From Owenia fusiformis (Eukaryota): a stretch of 64,000 bases of DNA. Below, piece by piece: positions 52,308 through 64,000 of this stretch (position 1 is the first letter of the stretch; each line of letters opens with the position of its first letter). The notes below the pieces were generated by a model, which had not been told where the DNA came from, did no database searches, and saw only the letters and a list, made by a program, of their open reading frames with translations. Location: assembly GCA_903813345.2 (NCBI GenBank), contig CAIIXF020000001.1:15996001-16060000 (forward strand), given 5' to 3'. Both the position numbers and the translations under genes were made by a program.

Positions 52308-53237
52308 ATGGTGGTTAAAATAGGTACCATTAATGTGAGGGGCTTGCAAGACCAGGTAAAAAGAAGAAAACTCTTCTTACACGCTCGAAACGAAAATTAT
52401 GACGTTCTACTCATACAAGAGACCCACTGCGGCATGAAACAAGCAAAACAATGGGAAAATGAATGGGGCATGACATCATATTTTACAGAAAGGGCCACAA
52501 ATTCAGTCGGAGTTGGTATACTATTCTCTCATAAGGCAGACATCCAAATTGAAGACAGCGACATCGGAGAAGATGGAAGATACATAATAATAAATACTAA
52601 AATAGAAGGAAAGGAAATAACCTTAGTGAACATATATGGACATAACAATGACAACAATAATCTTTTCAACAATATCGCAAAAAAACTGAGAGAAGGGCGT
52701 AATCATTATTCTATTATAATAGGAGGAGATTTCAACGTGCCCCTAGAGCCAAACAAAGATAAAGAAAGCCAAACAGGCAATACCAACCAGGATGCACATA
52801 GAAACACAAGACAGCAGATAAAGCAGCTAATGGAGGAACATGATCTTGTGGACATATGGAGAGTAAATAACCCAACAAAAAGAAATTTCACCTGGTCAAA
52901 TGCCGCTACCACTACAAAATCCAGATTAGATTATTTCCTTATAGCCTCTCCACTAATCAACAATACCAGTGACGTAGACATTCACACTCCAAAATCCTAC
53001 AAAATAGCTGACCACCAATTTGTTCAATTGCAACTAAGGATGGGCACTCAAGAGCGTGGCCCGGGACTGTGGAAATTCAATGCAAGGTTAACAGAAGATA
53101 GAGAATATGTAGCTTTGATAAAAAACCTAATCAAAGGTTTGGTTGAAGAGCACAAGGACATGACTGCTCAAAATTTATGGGAACTCATAAAATTCAAAAT
53201 CAAAACAGAGTCCATTAGGTACTCAAAGCAAAAAAAA
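52308..53237 (+). CDS. LINE ORF2p N-terminal part: AP endonuclease domain (ends at a frameshift)
   Basis: Motifs TINVRGL, LIQETH, VNIYG, GGDFN, LVDIWR, SRLDYFL, ADH and GPGLWKFN. Confidence 0.9.
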
Positions 53238-56093
53238 CGCTGGAAAACACCTAGATATCACCAACAAAATAAGACGGCTACAAGAAATAGAGGCAAACCT
53301 AAGAGATAACTACATCCATGAAACACAGCTACGAGAAGAAGAACAACAACTCCAAAGAGAGATAGAAGAGATGAATGATGAAAAAGCAAAGGGCGCAATA
53401 CTTCGAGCAAAAATAAGATGGGCGGAAGAAGGTGAAAAACAATCTAGTTACTTCCTGAAGTTAGAAAAAAGAAATTTTGCAAAAAAGAACATCACACAAC
53501 TGAATACAGACGATGGCAGGGAACTAAATGATCCTGAAGAAATAAGGAAAGAAAGTGCAAGGTTCTATGAAGAACTGTACAGAAGCAGGCTCCCAAACAT
53601 TAGGCAGCACTCAGAAACATTCTTCCCTGCTATAAAATCAATCACCAGTCTCACAGAAGAGGAAAAACAGAGCTGCGAGGGCTGTATTACCTTAGAAGAA
53701 AGAACAACACAGATTAAGTCCCTGAAGACCGGGAAGTCACCAGGCAGCGACGGCTTAACAAGCGAATTTTATAGATGTTTCCAAGAACCAGTTGTGCCAA
53801 TACTGGTAAAAAGCTACAAGGAAGCATTGGATAAAGAAGAATTATCAACCGAACAAAAAAGAAGCATTATAACCCAACTACCTAAAAAATACCGTGACAT
53901 TCTACGCCTATTAAATTGGCGACCAATATCATTGCTAAACACAGACTACAAAATAATTACAGGATGTCTAGCAGAAAGAATGAAAGCCCATTTAACAAAA
54001 ATAATTAACGAAGACCAAACAGGTTTTATTAAAGGGAGAAATATATCAGAGAATATTAGACTCATAATAGACTGTATGGAACACCTTAAATCAAACAATG
54101 AATCTGGCATAATGCTTTTCATCGACTTTGAAAAAGCTTTTGACACAGTGGAATGGAAATTTATTGATCGGACACTAGATTACTTCAATTTTGGACCAGA
54201 CTTTAGAAAATGGATCAAAACCATATACAACGATGCAAAAAGCTCAGTAATAAATAACGGGTATACATCACGCTACTTTAACCTGAACAGAGGAGTACGA
54301 CAGGGATGCCCCCTAAGTCCGTATTTATTTATTCTATGTGCCGAAATATTGAGTGAATCAATCAGAAGAGATGAAGAAATTGAAGGCATACAAATACCAG
54401 ATGGAGAAGTAAAGATTTCACAATACGCCGATGATACCTCAGTCTTTGTAAGAAATATTGCATCTGCGAAAAAAGTAATTAAAAAGTTCAGAAATTTTGG
54501 AGAAATCTCAGGACTGAACATCAATCTCCACAAAACAGAAGAAGCCGTGATAGGCAGAGAAAATGCACTATTACAGCAACAAGTAAGAGATGAAAGCATG
54601 GCATCAGGGCTAAAATACCAAGATAAAGATATAAAAGTCCTTGGTATAACCATTCCTTTAGATGGAAGAGACATAAACAGTTTAAATTTCCCAGAGAAAA
54701 GAAACAAAATTCAAGGTCTTATTAGAGCATGGAAAAGTAGAAACATCACACCTCTAGGAAAAATAATAATGATAAAATCACTCCTCGTATCTCAGCTGAC
54801 ATATCTATGTTCAGTGCTCACACCAACAGATGACTTTATCAAAGAAATAGAAAACATGTTTTTCAACTTTATATGGGATGAGAAGCCAGACAAAATTGGA
54901 AGAAAGATAATGATGAACGAACAAGAGAGAGGTGGCCTAAACATGCTCCACTTACAATCATACATAAAAAACCTAAGCATCAAATGGATAAAGAAATATA
55001 TAGACCCTACATATAGTGGCAAATGGAAGAAGATATGGAACTACTACCTGAAGAACCTGACGCAGGGAGAAGTATGGGCATTGAACCTTTCAAAAAATAG
55101 TGACAAAATAAATGTTTTAGACTTAAGGTACCTGAAGACAGTCTACAAAAATTGGTGCAGTCTAAAATATCAAACAATTCCGGATACGAGAAACCCAGAG
55201 CAACAATCATTATGGCACAATGAACAGATAAAAATCAATGGAGAAATCATGAAAAACGAAGTATGGATACAAAAAGGTATTGAATTTATAAAAGACATAC
55301 AGGACGAAAATAGATTCCTCACAGCAGCAGAATTAGGCCATAAATATGATATTGTTATGAACCAAAGGAATACTTTGAAATATAACAGTATAATTACAGC
55401 CATCCCCCAAAATTGGAAAAGAAAATTAAGACACCCGAGAGAAAATGAAGAAGAAACCGAGAATCCGAATGTCACAATTAACACAGAATGGTTAAAAAAG
55501 ACAAACAATAAAGAAGTTTACAAGATTTTACTAAAAAAGAACAATGCTGTGAAACTGCCAAAGAAGATGGAAGATAAGTGGCAAAACAAACTGCAACTAC
55601 AAAATCCTTTGATGTGGGCCAAAATCCACAAAAATAGAAAAAATATTCTCAGGACAAAAGAGAAATATTTCCAAATAAAAATATTCTTCCGGATACTATA
55701 TTATAACAAACAACTAAAACAAATGAACATAGACGGCTATAACACTGATATATGCAGTCTATGCCGTAGTGACATAGATACTTTAGAACATGGAATATAC
55801 CATTGTGAGGCCGTACAAGACTTCCTAATAACATCTTTCAACCAACTTGACGAAGATGTACCCACAATTGAGACATTCCTTTTCGGAGATGGAAAAACAG
55901 AAAACGAACATCTATTCCTGAAACAAAAGATATTCCTAAACACATGTAAAAGGAAAATAAGGAGACCTAATATGATAGGCTGGCAAAACTTCCTAAAAAC
56001 AGAGAAAAAATAGAAGAAAGAATCAGCCAAAGAAGAAAAAAACCTGAACTTATGGAACAGCAATGGTTGAAACTCAAACATTTCATAACGTAG
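53238..56093 (+). CDS. LINE ORF2p RT and CCHC region (ORF track 53371-56013; probable true C-terminus in a shifted frame to 56093)
   Basis: Motifs KSPGSDG, NWRPISLLNTDYKI, DFEKAFD, RGVRQGCPLSP, QYADD, ERGGLNM and CSLC...HGIYHC. The frame is open upstream of 53371 back to the A8 run at 53230-53237. Confidence 0.9.
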
Positions 56094-56365
56094 TAAAATA
56101 CACATTGGGAACATAAAAACCCCCTCACCAAGCTCAAACCATCGAGCAGAAAATCACAAAAAATCCCCCTCTTGCCTTTTCCCTTGCCCCCCCCCCCCCC
56201 CCCCCCCTTCCCTTCCTCTTGTTATCAAAACTACTATGCTAAATAAGGCTAATATTATATATAAATACGATATTATAGCATATGCAACTACTGTATGTTT
56301 TCTTTCTACAATATTGTATTTGTACAACTTTTAATAAAAAAAAAAACAAAAAAAAAAAAAAAAAA

Positions 56366-57008
56366 CATATCTCACCTCTTTCAAGCTAAATCCAGGAACC
56401 AAAAGGGTACTGTACACAAAACATAACATATCTCACCTCTTTCAAGCTAAATCCAGGAACCAAAAGGGTGCTGCACACAAAACATAACATATCTCACCTC
56501 TTTCAAGCTAAATCCAGGAACCAAAAGGGTATTGTACACAAAACATAACATATCTCACCTCTTTCAAGCTAAATCCAGGAACCAAAAGGGTACTGCACAC
56601 AAAACATAACATATCTCACCTCTTTCAAGCTAAATCCAGGAATCAAAAGGGTACTGCACACAAAACATAACATATCTCACCTCTTTCAAGCTAAATCCAG
56701 GAACCAAAAGGGTACTGCACACAAAACATAACATATCTCACCTCTTTCAAGCTAAATCCAGGAACCAAAAGGGTACTGCACACAAAACATAACATATCTC
56801 ACCTCTTTCAAGCTAAATCCAAGAACCAAAAGGGTACTGCACACAAAACATAACATATCTCACCTCTTTCAAGCTAAATCCAGGAACCAAAAGGGTACTG
56901 CATACAAAACATAACATATCTCACCTCTTTCAAGCTAAATCCAGGAACCAAAAGGGTACTGCGCACAAAACATAACACATCTCACCTCTTTCAAGCTAAA
57001 TCCAGGAA
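56366..57008. repeat. 61-bp tandem array containing 11 copies of an exon end plus 5' splice site (minus strand)
   Basis: CTCAC recurs every 61 bp from 56371 to 56981. The minus-strand unit is CCTGGATTTAGCTTGAAAGAG|GTGAGATATGTTATGTTTTGTGTGCAGTACCCTTTTGGTT. Confidence 0.95.
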
Positions 57009-57054
57009 GAGAAGCCATGGCAGAGTGCCTTCTCTTGAAAAAGCGTCCACTCAT
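56986..57054 (-). CDS. Candidate alternative first coding exon (MSGRFFKRRHSAMASLPGFSLKE, phase 0)
   Basis: ATCATGA start and 23 codons; donor GAG|GTGAGA is in phase with the exon at 42479. In-frame upstream ATGs exist up to 57144. Confidence 0.55.
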
Positions 57055-59521
57055 GATTATTTCCAAATGTCTAACCATAACAAAATGCACAAGTCTTATC
57101 AAAAATAAAGTGTAATGATTATGTAGAATAATTATATCTGTCATGCATCTAGTGGTTGTATTTCATATGGCCTATGAATCCCATTTCAATCTTAAAATCC
57201 AGTAAATCCTAAAATAAGGTACATGTACAGTATATGTGCATATTCATATATCCTGAAATATATATCCTTTTCTTCTTCTTTTAACTCAAGTGTAACAGAG
57301 TTAATGTGTCAATCCCCAACAACTATGAGCAATACCTATTCAGCATAAAGCTACTGTCATGACCATGAAGTTAAATGGACTGAAAAAGTTAAACATTGTA
57401 TTGAACAATGACATGGAGATCCAAACACATCATTTTCCGATCAATGACAAGCCACCTAGTTTATCTTTTGATCTTCCCAATAGCTTGCCCTCACTAGCAT
57501 GTACACATGTTAATCCACTCTGCAGGGTCTCTTGGGCAATGAGTAAATTCAAGTTCAATCAATAGTTTTTTAATGTTAATTTCAGGTGGTCCTATTATCC
57601 TAGTTTGATCCGCTGCGTATCATCGTCAAACTTTATGTGATTTCCGCTCATTTTGATAAAAACAAATTGCCAATTGAAAGGGAAGGTGTTTTGGTTGGGT
57701 AACCTGCATTTGGCGGAGAAAAGTGCGTCTTCCTGTCTTGATAATGTGTAACAAGCCCGGAAACTGAGAATTCTATTTTATATATCCGCAAACAATAGTA
57801 TCAAGCAGTCCCAGGGGGCATCCTGTTGTAGTTATCAAAAATAAAAAATTCAACTTAGAAAATATTTAAATACAGTACTTTTATCCAGCTATCGGAAACC
57901 AGTTACATGTACAGTACATGAAACTCATAAGAGGATATATATTTTTAACACTCCCTTTTGAATTTCATTCCATTCATAAAACTTATCACAATATTGATTT
58001 ACAAACCCACCTACTATATTGTAAAAATGGACCATACCCCAAAACAATGTCATTTCACGGTTGACAGATTCTATTCTACTCGAGGAAGTGGTTATACAAT
58101 GACTTGTGATAATCCCTTTCCGCAGTCATAACAGGAAACTGATATAATCAAACTTTTGTTTGACTTTCAAGTTTAAGTTGCCATGACTTTTATAGTAAAT
58201 TTTCCCTATATTTAGCTATAACACATGTAAATACTACTATGTCTAACACAAAAATAAAATAAGGAATGCCAAAAGAACACAATGCCATGACAAAAGCTAT
58301 TATGGATTATTATTCAATCTAAGATTGATTTACAATCTGTTTCTACTTGTATTAAAGTACCTTAATCCTTTAGCATTACCACAAGCGAGTGCTATAAAAA
58401 ATATTGATTTGACAATACGAAAATGTATGAAAAAAGTTAAAGTGATCCTATTTAATAACAATTTCAATGGAAAGACAACTGACCTGTGTCACCTCATATG
58501 CTCCTCGTTTTCTCATATTTCAACATCATTTCCTACTACATTAAGAAGGTCAACATTAATACTGATACAGTGGTCACCTATTGAGATGAACCTTGTCCAT
58601 TTAGGGTGGAACTCTCTCTCCCATTCAATGATCAATAAAAGAGAGTTCAAAAATTAACAAGTATGATAAAGTTAAAAGAACTACGAAGGCAACCAGTTTT
58701 TAGCCTGCTATGTTAAGATTTTTATTTGCTTTGGTTTGTTCTTTGAGTGGGAGTTCATTTTATGAAGGATTAAGGGATGTCATAAATTGTGGTTTGATGT
58801 AAAAACTATTTTATCAAGTGCTTCTCATTTATTCATTTCAGCTTTTCATATTTTTGTCAATGTTTTCTTCTACTTTCATTCTATCTTTACTATATTACAA
58901 CACCTCTGAGTTGTACTGTAAGCTAATCACCAGTGAAGTTGTCTTGCTATTATACGCCTGGGAACATATCCTGTATTGGACAGTCATAATATGGAAAGAC
59001 AAACCAATGAACCACTCCTTGAAGAAATCCTGTGAAGTATTATGTGCACTCATGATACAATATACACCAGAGGTCTTTTATATAAGACAACTCAGTTTAA
59101 CAAACATCCTATTTAACTTCATGCAACAAACAAATAATCAAACTCAGGATCATCGCATCATGGGTAATCTGCTCTACTACTGAGCTACATGGGTGGACTA
59201 ATATACTATTTTGTCTACTGACATAGTTTTATCAAATAATCTTTCAATGTTTGAGAAAGCTTCAAATGGAACATACACCTGGATGACATCCCAAAACAGA
59301 AAACAGAAATGATCAAGTTCACAATGTGGAACAATAGAGCAGGCAAAAACACTTGTGACATACTTGAAGTCGATCAGCCTATGACAAATGGGAGCATGAA
59401 AGTACTGGTTCCTAAGAGTTAAGTATTTCCAAGAAAGTCAACAAGGGTACTGATCCCTAATCACTTCTTATCCCTCCTATATATTAGTGCATTTTAATAC
59501 AATAAATATTTCTTTACTTAC

Positions 59522-60064
59522 TGGAATGTACAATGTTACAGTAGGAGGTGCTTTATAGATTGTATCATTTGGCGAAACATTTTGAAATGTAACGTCATGT
59601 TTTTCTTCTCTCCATGTAACATCATCAGTGTCTTCCGGAGGCCTACATGTGAAGTCTACGGGACTTTTAAACACTTCTTCATCAATTTCCTCATCAATTA
59701 TATTATCCTTCCAGCTAACTCCCCTGGATTTTGGTGGTTTTGACAATTTTGGCAATTCTGGAGAAACTGATGATGAAGAATTTTCACATTTTTTCGCTTC
59801 TGTTGTCTGATAATCCAGGTCTAACTGTTCATTTGTTCGGAAATCATTGATTGAAAATGATTTTTGCTTGAGCGGTGGTGGTACGTCACAAAGTGTCTGT
59901 GGTTGTTCCATTCCTTGTTCAAGTGTAGCTATGGCCACTTCAACCTCATTAACACCCTTACCATATGTGTTATCTTCCCATTTGGGACCTTCAGTCTCAA
60001 TGATGTCAGAGGTGATACCTGAATCCGGATCTGACATCCTTTTTGAAGGTATTTCAACTTTCAT
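59522..60064 (-). CDS. Candidate first coding exon of the PLEKHG5-like gene (MKVEIPSKRMSDPDSGITS...PPTVTLYIP, 181 codons, phase 0)
   Basis: Long acidic/Ser/Pro-rich open frame with an in-frame TAG immediately before the ATG; donor CCA|GTAAGT is in phase with the exon at 42479. Confidence 0.7.
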
Positions 60065-61899
60065 CTAGCCTACTTGTGAGCCGAGTACTATACATCAATC
60101 ACTGCTGTGTTCAATATATGTATATTTTAAATATAGCTGTCCAAGTACAGTTTTGAGCAACTAATGGCATACTATGATTTTTTATCCATCATACAGAGAC
60201 CCTCCAGTAACTTATAATGTTCAATTTATGCATCAGGGTGTCTCTGAGATATACTTCACAGTAACTTAATCCAAAGTAGCACTATTTTAGTTTAGCAGGC
60301 AATATATTGAGGTTTGTTCAATGTTTGCTCAGTTTTTAGATCTTTTCACTTTTCAAGTTTATTATATTCATTTCCTGTATTGTGAATATAAAGCACTTTT
60401 CTAACTCAATAATTGAGTAGCTTTTATGTAGCTAACTTAAAAGTCTGCCTAAAACATTCCTTTTAATAGTCTCCGACTTATAAAACTGCATGTCATTTAA
60501 AAAAATTAATAGGTTTCAGACATGTATTCACTCATTTGCTCTGTGTGGTGTTATCCAATGTTAAATGTTTGAAGCAGTTTTAACGAGTATGATTTACTGT
60601 ACATGCTAGGTGAACTTCTTTACTTCCTATTGACTTTGTCCAGTTTACATAACTTGTTATGTTGAGCCAAATCCTGCTGCATACAACCCATATATATATA
60701 TGTATATTATAGTTTAATCCTCTCATAGTATTCATGGCCTCAAAATGTAACAGATAGGCCATGCTCATCCAAGTTTAAATACTTAATAGATTTATCCTTC
60801 ATAATGATGATTATTTCTAAGGTTGACATACAGCAAAACATTGGTGCCTAATGGTCTTTACCTATTATACCCTTTACTATAACTTGATTTTGATACTTAA
60901 AAGAGAGCTTCGTCTAATATACTAGGCTTTGACACTGAGGGTACTTATCTATAAAAGTACATGTCTAATGCATATACTTTTTATGAAGTAAATTCACAAT
61001 GGACATACATCCTGTTTTTGCTGGTGCATGACAAGGGTTGGGATAAAAATGACATAAAATAAAATAATGGGTTGACATATGATATGGGATTTATCCCTAT
61101 GCACACATGGATATTTGGAGACATGAAAGAAGATTGACTTGACTGTAAATATTGCATTCTCAAGCACTGTTTGCTGCTCAAAAACATTTATAAGGTCAAT
61201 ACTGATACCGCGACTGGTCCATTTAGTCCAATGCTATTTCACCCAAATGAAAATAAAAAGAACTGACCCCACCTTTATGATCTTTCATTTGAATGTATTT
61301 ACCATACCCTTCAGAATTCAGATTGAATTATTAAGCTTAAAAAATACATATTTGGATATTTGTTTAATCTACATGATGTTATGTTGCCCAATGAAAATAT
61401 GTGCCTCTCAAAATAAATAGTTTAGAAAAATATGCCAATCTAAATGACCTTGATCAAACATGATATTCAAAGTCTATTGATTTAAAACTTAAATCACGAA
61501 TCCTAAATAACCATTAATTTAGAGATAATTTTTATGTATTCTATCAAATTAAAAGTGCACTAAATACAACAGAAGTATCTCATTACTTGCAATGAGATAA
61601 AAATTCACTAAAAACATGATTTTCCAGTTTTATTTTAAAAATTATTATGGGGTCATTGAGTATTGAAACCTGAGACAGAAAATTGAAGTGAGATCTATAG
61701 GCATTATTTATGAGAATAATCTAGACATACATTTCAATGAACACATACGTAAACAAGGTTAGTGAAAAAGTATAAAGTATTAAAAATATAACCTTCATAA
61801 TATGACATGTGTAATTGGGGAACTTTTTTTTATGTTTTATTTATCAATAGTATCATTTCACAATGTCCGACAATGGGCCAAGGCCATTGTCATTAGTGG

Positions 61900-62200
61900 T
61901 TTATGTCGATTTTCACAGTTAGCAGATGCTGTGACTATAAGCTTGTTAGTTTCAATTTGATATGTTGAGCCACCATATAACAATGTATCTAGTTTCTCTT
62001 TTGCATTTAGTTTGTCATAATGGTGAATGTTGAAATTGGGTATTCTTGCAAGGTCGAGTGCTAGTTGTTCCCTGAGATCAAGTATAAAGTAATAGGGGGC
62101 AAGAAAAGAATAGGTTTTGGGTTGTCTGAGATCGAAAACCGCACAAACATTGAGGGAACTGTGAACTGTGAAGTATATGTTCCATTTTTGAAAGTTGCAG
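61900..62200 (-). pseudogene. Degenerate 3' fragment of a CR1-like LINE ORF2
   Basis: PQCLCGFRSQTTQNLFFSCP, then in a shifted frame LDLREQL...LDTLLYGG...NKLI; resembles the C-terminal CxC...CP...LLYG signature. Confidence 0.5.
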
Positions 62201-63549
62201 AATATACAAAGATTAAAATAACCAAAGTACTTGTAAAATGATATGACAAAATCAAAATAATATAATTTAGTTGGTTCATTTATCATCATCCTTTATATGT
62301 AGTAAAATTAATGTATTTAGTAGATAAGGTTAAACCACATCTGGACATTAGGTAACATACAGGGTCACAATGACCTGTTAATGTCACAGGTGGAAATTCT
62401 ACTCTCCCCCTTGATACAATGGTTTGAGTGATTTATATGTAGGTTCTCTTTTTAAATGTTGCCCTTTGTCCTTTTCAATTCGAGAAATGAAATATCGGGC
62501 CCGGAACATAATTAGTGGTGGTGGTGGTTTTGGCAAAGGGAGTCCCAGATATTTAAAATCAACAATTTGGGCAACGGTTCCCTCAAAATAATATACAATG
62601 AGATTTCAGAGAAGAGGGATATAATGAATAACAAGGCATAAACATGCAAAATGTCACCACCTGCCATATGTTACAGATACCCAACTCCGAACGTCAACCA
62701 CCAAATGACAGAGGCCAAACACCACTTGTGGTAATGACATAATATTATACTGTCATCATGTAATCTGTTTCATTATTAAGACTTGATGAAATAGTAATTG
62801 CATGTAGTCCTATCAAACATTTTGAAATTAATCATCGTACAATATTATATACATGTAGTATACATTTAGTTGATTTTTCGTGTCAACATATTCCAGTTGC
62901 CCCGATCATGAGGTATGTTGTTTAAACTTTGTGAAAGTATGAGCACCTAATAATTAAATGAGAGTTGATTTTAGGTTTAAAATAATACAATTTAACAAAT
63001 TCAAAACATTTTCAAAATACATATTCAAAAAATATAGTCCCAATAAATAGATTATTATTACCAAGCAAGTGAAGTTCACAGCATGTTATACATGCACATG
63101 CCCAATGGGTTAGAACGTCATGTTAAACAGTGCATGAAGGTGACTAACAAAATTATTAAGGCATTTCATCAAGGTGACTTACTGTGAACGAAAGTGTGCA
63201 ACTTCATCTGAAATGATGGGTCATTAAACTGTAGTAATTTTTCACATTTACGTCAGTGCAGCCTTTTTCATGCCAAAAGTCCCAAATTTTATTGCCAAAA
63301 TCAAAAGGCGGGCTTTTTAGATGACGCATTTCAATCTATTTTCGAGTTGTTTTTCTGGTAAATGCAGTTCAATGTTTCAGATATGATTTGATATTGTTTT
63401 AAAAGATTTGGACATGAGTGATATTTTAACACAAATAGCTCTTAAAACTGATCAAAAGAAATGATCACTTTGCAACACACCTTACTTTCTATTCACAAGG
63501 TCAAAGCAAACTACAGTTCATTTGGTTCAATACTTCTTCACTACAATCA

Positions 63550-63721
63550 TACAGAAAAAACCTGTCTAAATGGAACACCTTTGGGACCTCTAAATAGCGT
63601 TCCACTTGGGAGGTGTTCCACTTATAAAGGTTCATTTAACATTAAGCCATTTGGTCTTGGGAGTCTGAAGTGTTCTACTAACAGAGGTGTTCTACTTCAG
63701 AGGTGTTCCACTTCACAGCTT
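63550..63721 (+). mobile_element. TA|CAG-type (Tc1/pogo-like) MITE fragment
   Basis: TACAGAAAAAACCTGTCTAAATGGAACACC... with AGGTGTTC repeats; a related terminus lies inverted at about 27480-27532 (AGACAGGTTTTACTGTA). Confidence 0.5.
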
Positions 63722-64000
63722 TCCTTTCCTTGTCACTTTTTAATTTAAATTATCTGGAGGCAATGTAGCTTGTAATAGTAGGTTTATAGATGAAGAACTT
63801 TTATAAACATGCAAATCAAACTTTTTTAAGTCGTGAAGCATCTGTTTTCATATAGTTTCACTAAGTTTATTTAGAATAAATAAAATTATAAATACTGAAC
63901 GATACTTTTATATGCCATCTTCCACACAATCTAACATGATGGGAAATATCATTCGGGTTAATAATAAAGCAACATGGATAAACGCACAATTGTAAGTATA

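Larger units (their letters stand above)
50584..56365 (+). mobile_element. Near-intact, apparently full-length L1/Tx1-clade non-LTR retrotransposon, antisense in the host intron
   Basis: ORF1, a ~960-bp spacer, APE-RT-CCHC ORF2, a 3' UTR with AATAAA (56333-56338) and a poly(A) tail to 56365. The flanks rejoin into one 61-bp repeat unit, with at most AACA duplicated. Confidence 0.95.

Noticed and set aside
50437-56114. Minus-strand ORFs overlapping the LINE
   Set aside because: Antisense shadows of A-rich LINE coding sequence (Phe/Leu/Ser-rich) with no independent motifs.
57704-57822. Candidate coding exon between cag| and |GTTACC on the minus strand
   Set aside because: Stops occur in all three frames; it could only be non-coding, and there is no further support.

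Overview
AT-rich eukaryotic DNA, probably from an invertebrate animal; the species cannot be identified from the sequence alone. Most of the window (about 17.4-60.1 kb, possibly all of it) is the 5' part of a large minus-strand gene. Its spliced exons match, from memory, the N-terminal region of the RhoGEF PLEKHG5/Syx: a Cys/His module, an 'RKVSSRSLP' segment, 'RRYHTD' and the RBD-like domain. I rebuilt the exon chain by hand, and all splice phases join in frame. There are four candidate alternative first coding exons and one symmetric cassette exon. The DH-PH catalytic exons were not found and probably lie beyond coordinate 1. The introns hold a near-intact, apparently full-length L1/Tx1-type LINE on the + strand (50584-56365), an internally deleted mariner, Helentron-associated (HINE-like) elements, many MITEs and several minisatellites. 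The most unusual structure is a 61-bp tandem array that copies the exon end and 5' splice site of one candidate first exon 11 times, with the LINE inserted into the last unit. The LINE also has a long inter-ORF spacer with a promoter-like motif cluster. No rRNA, tRNA or CRISPR array was found. Homology statements rest on remembered motifs, not database searches.
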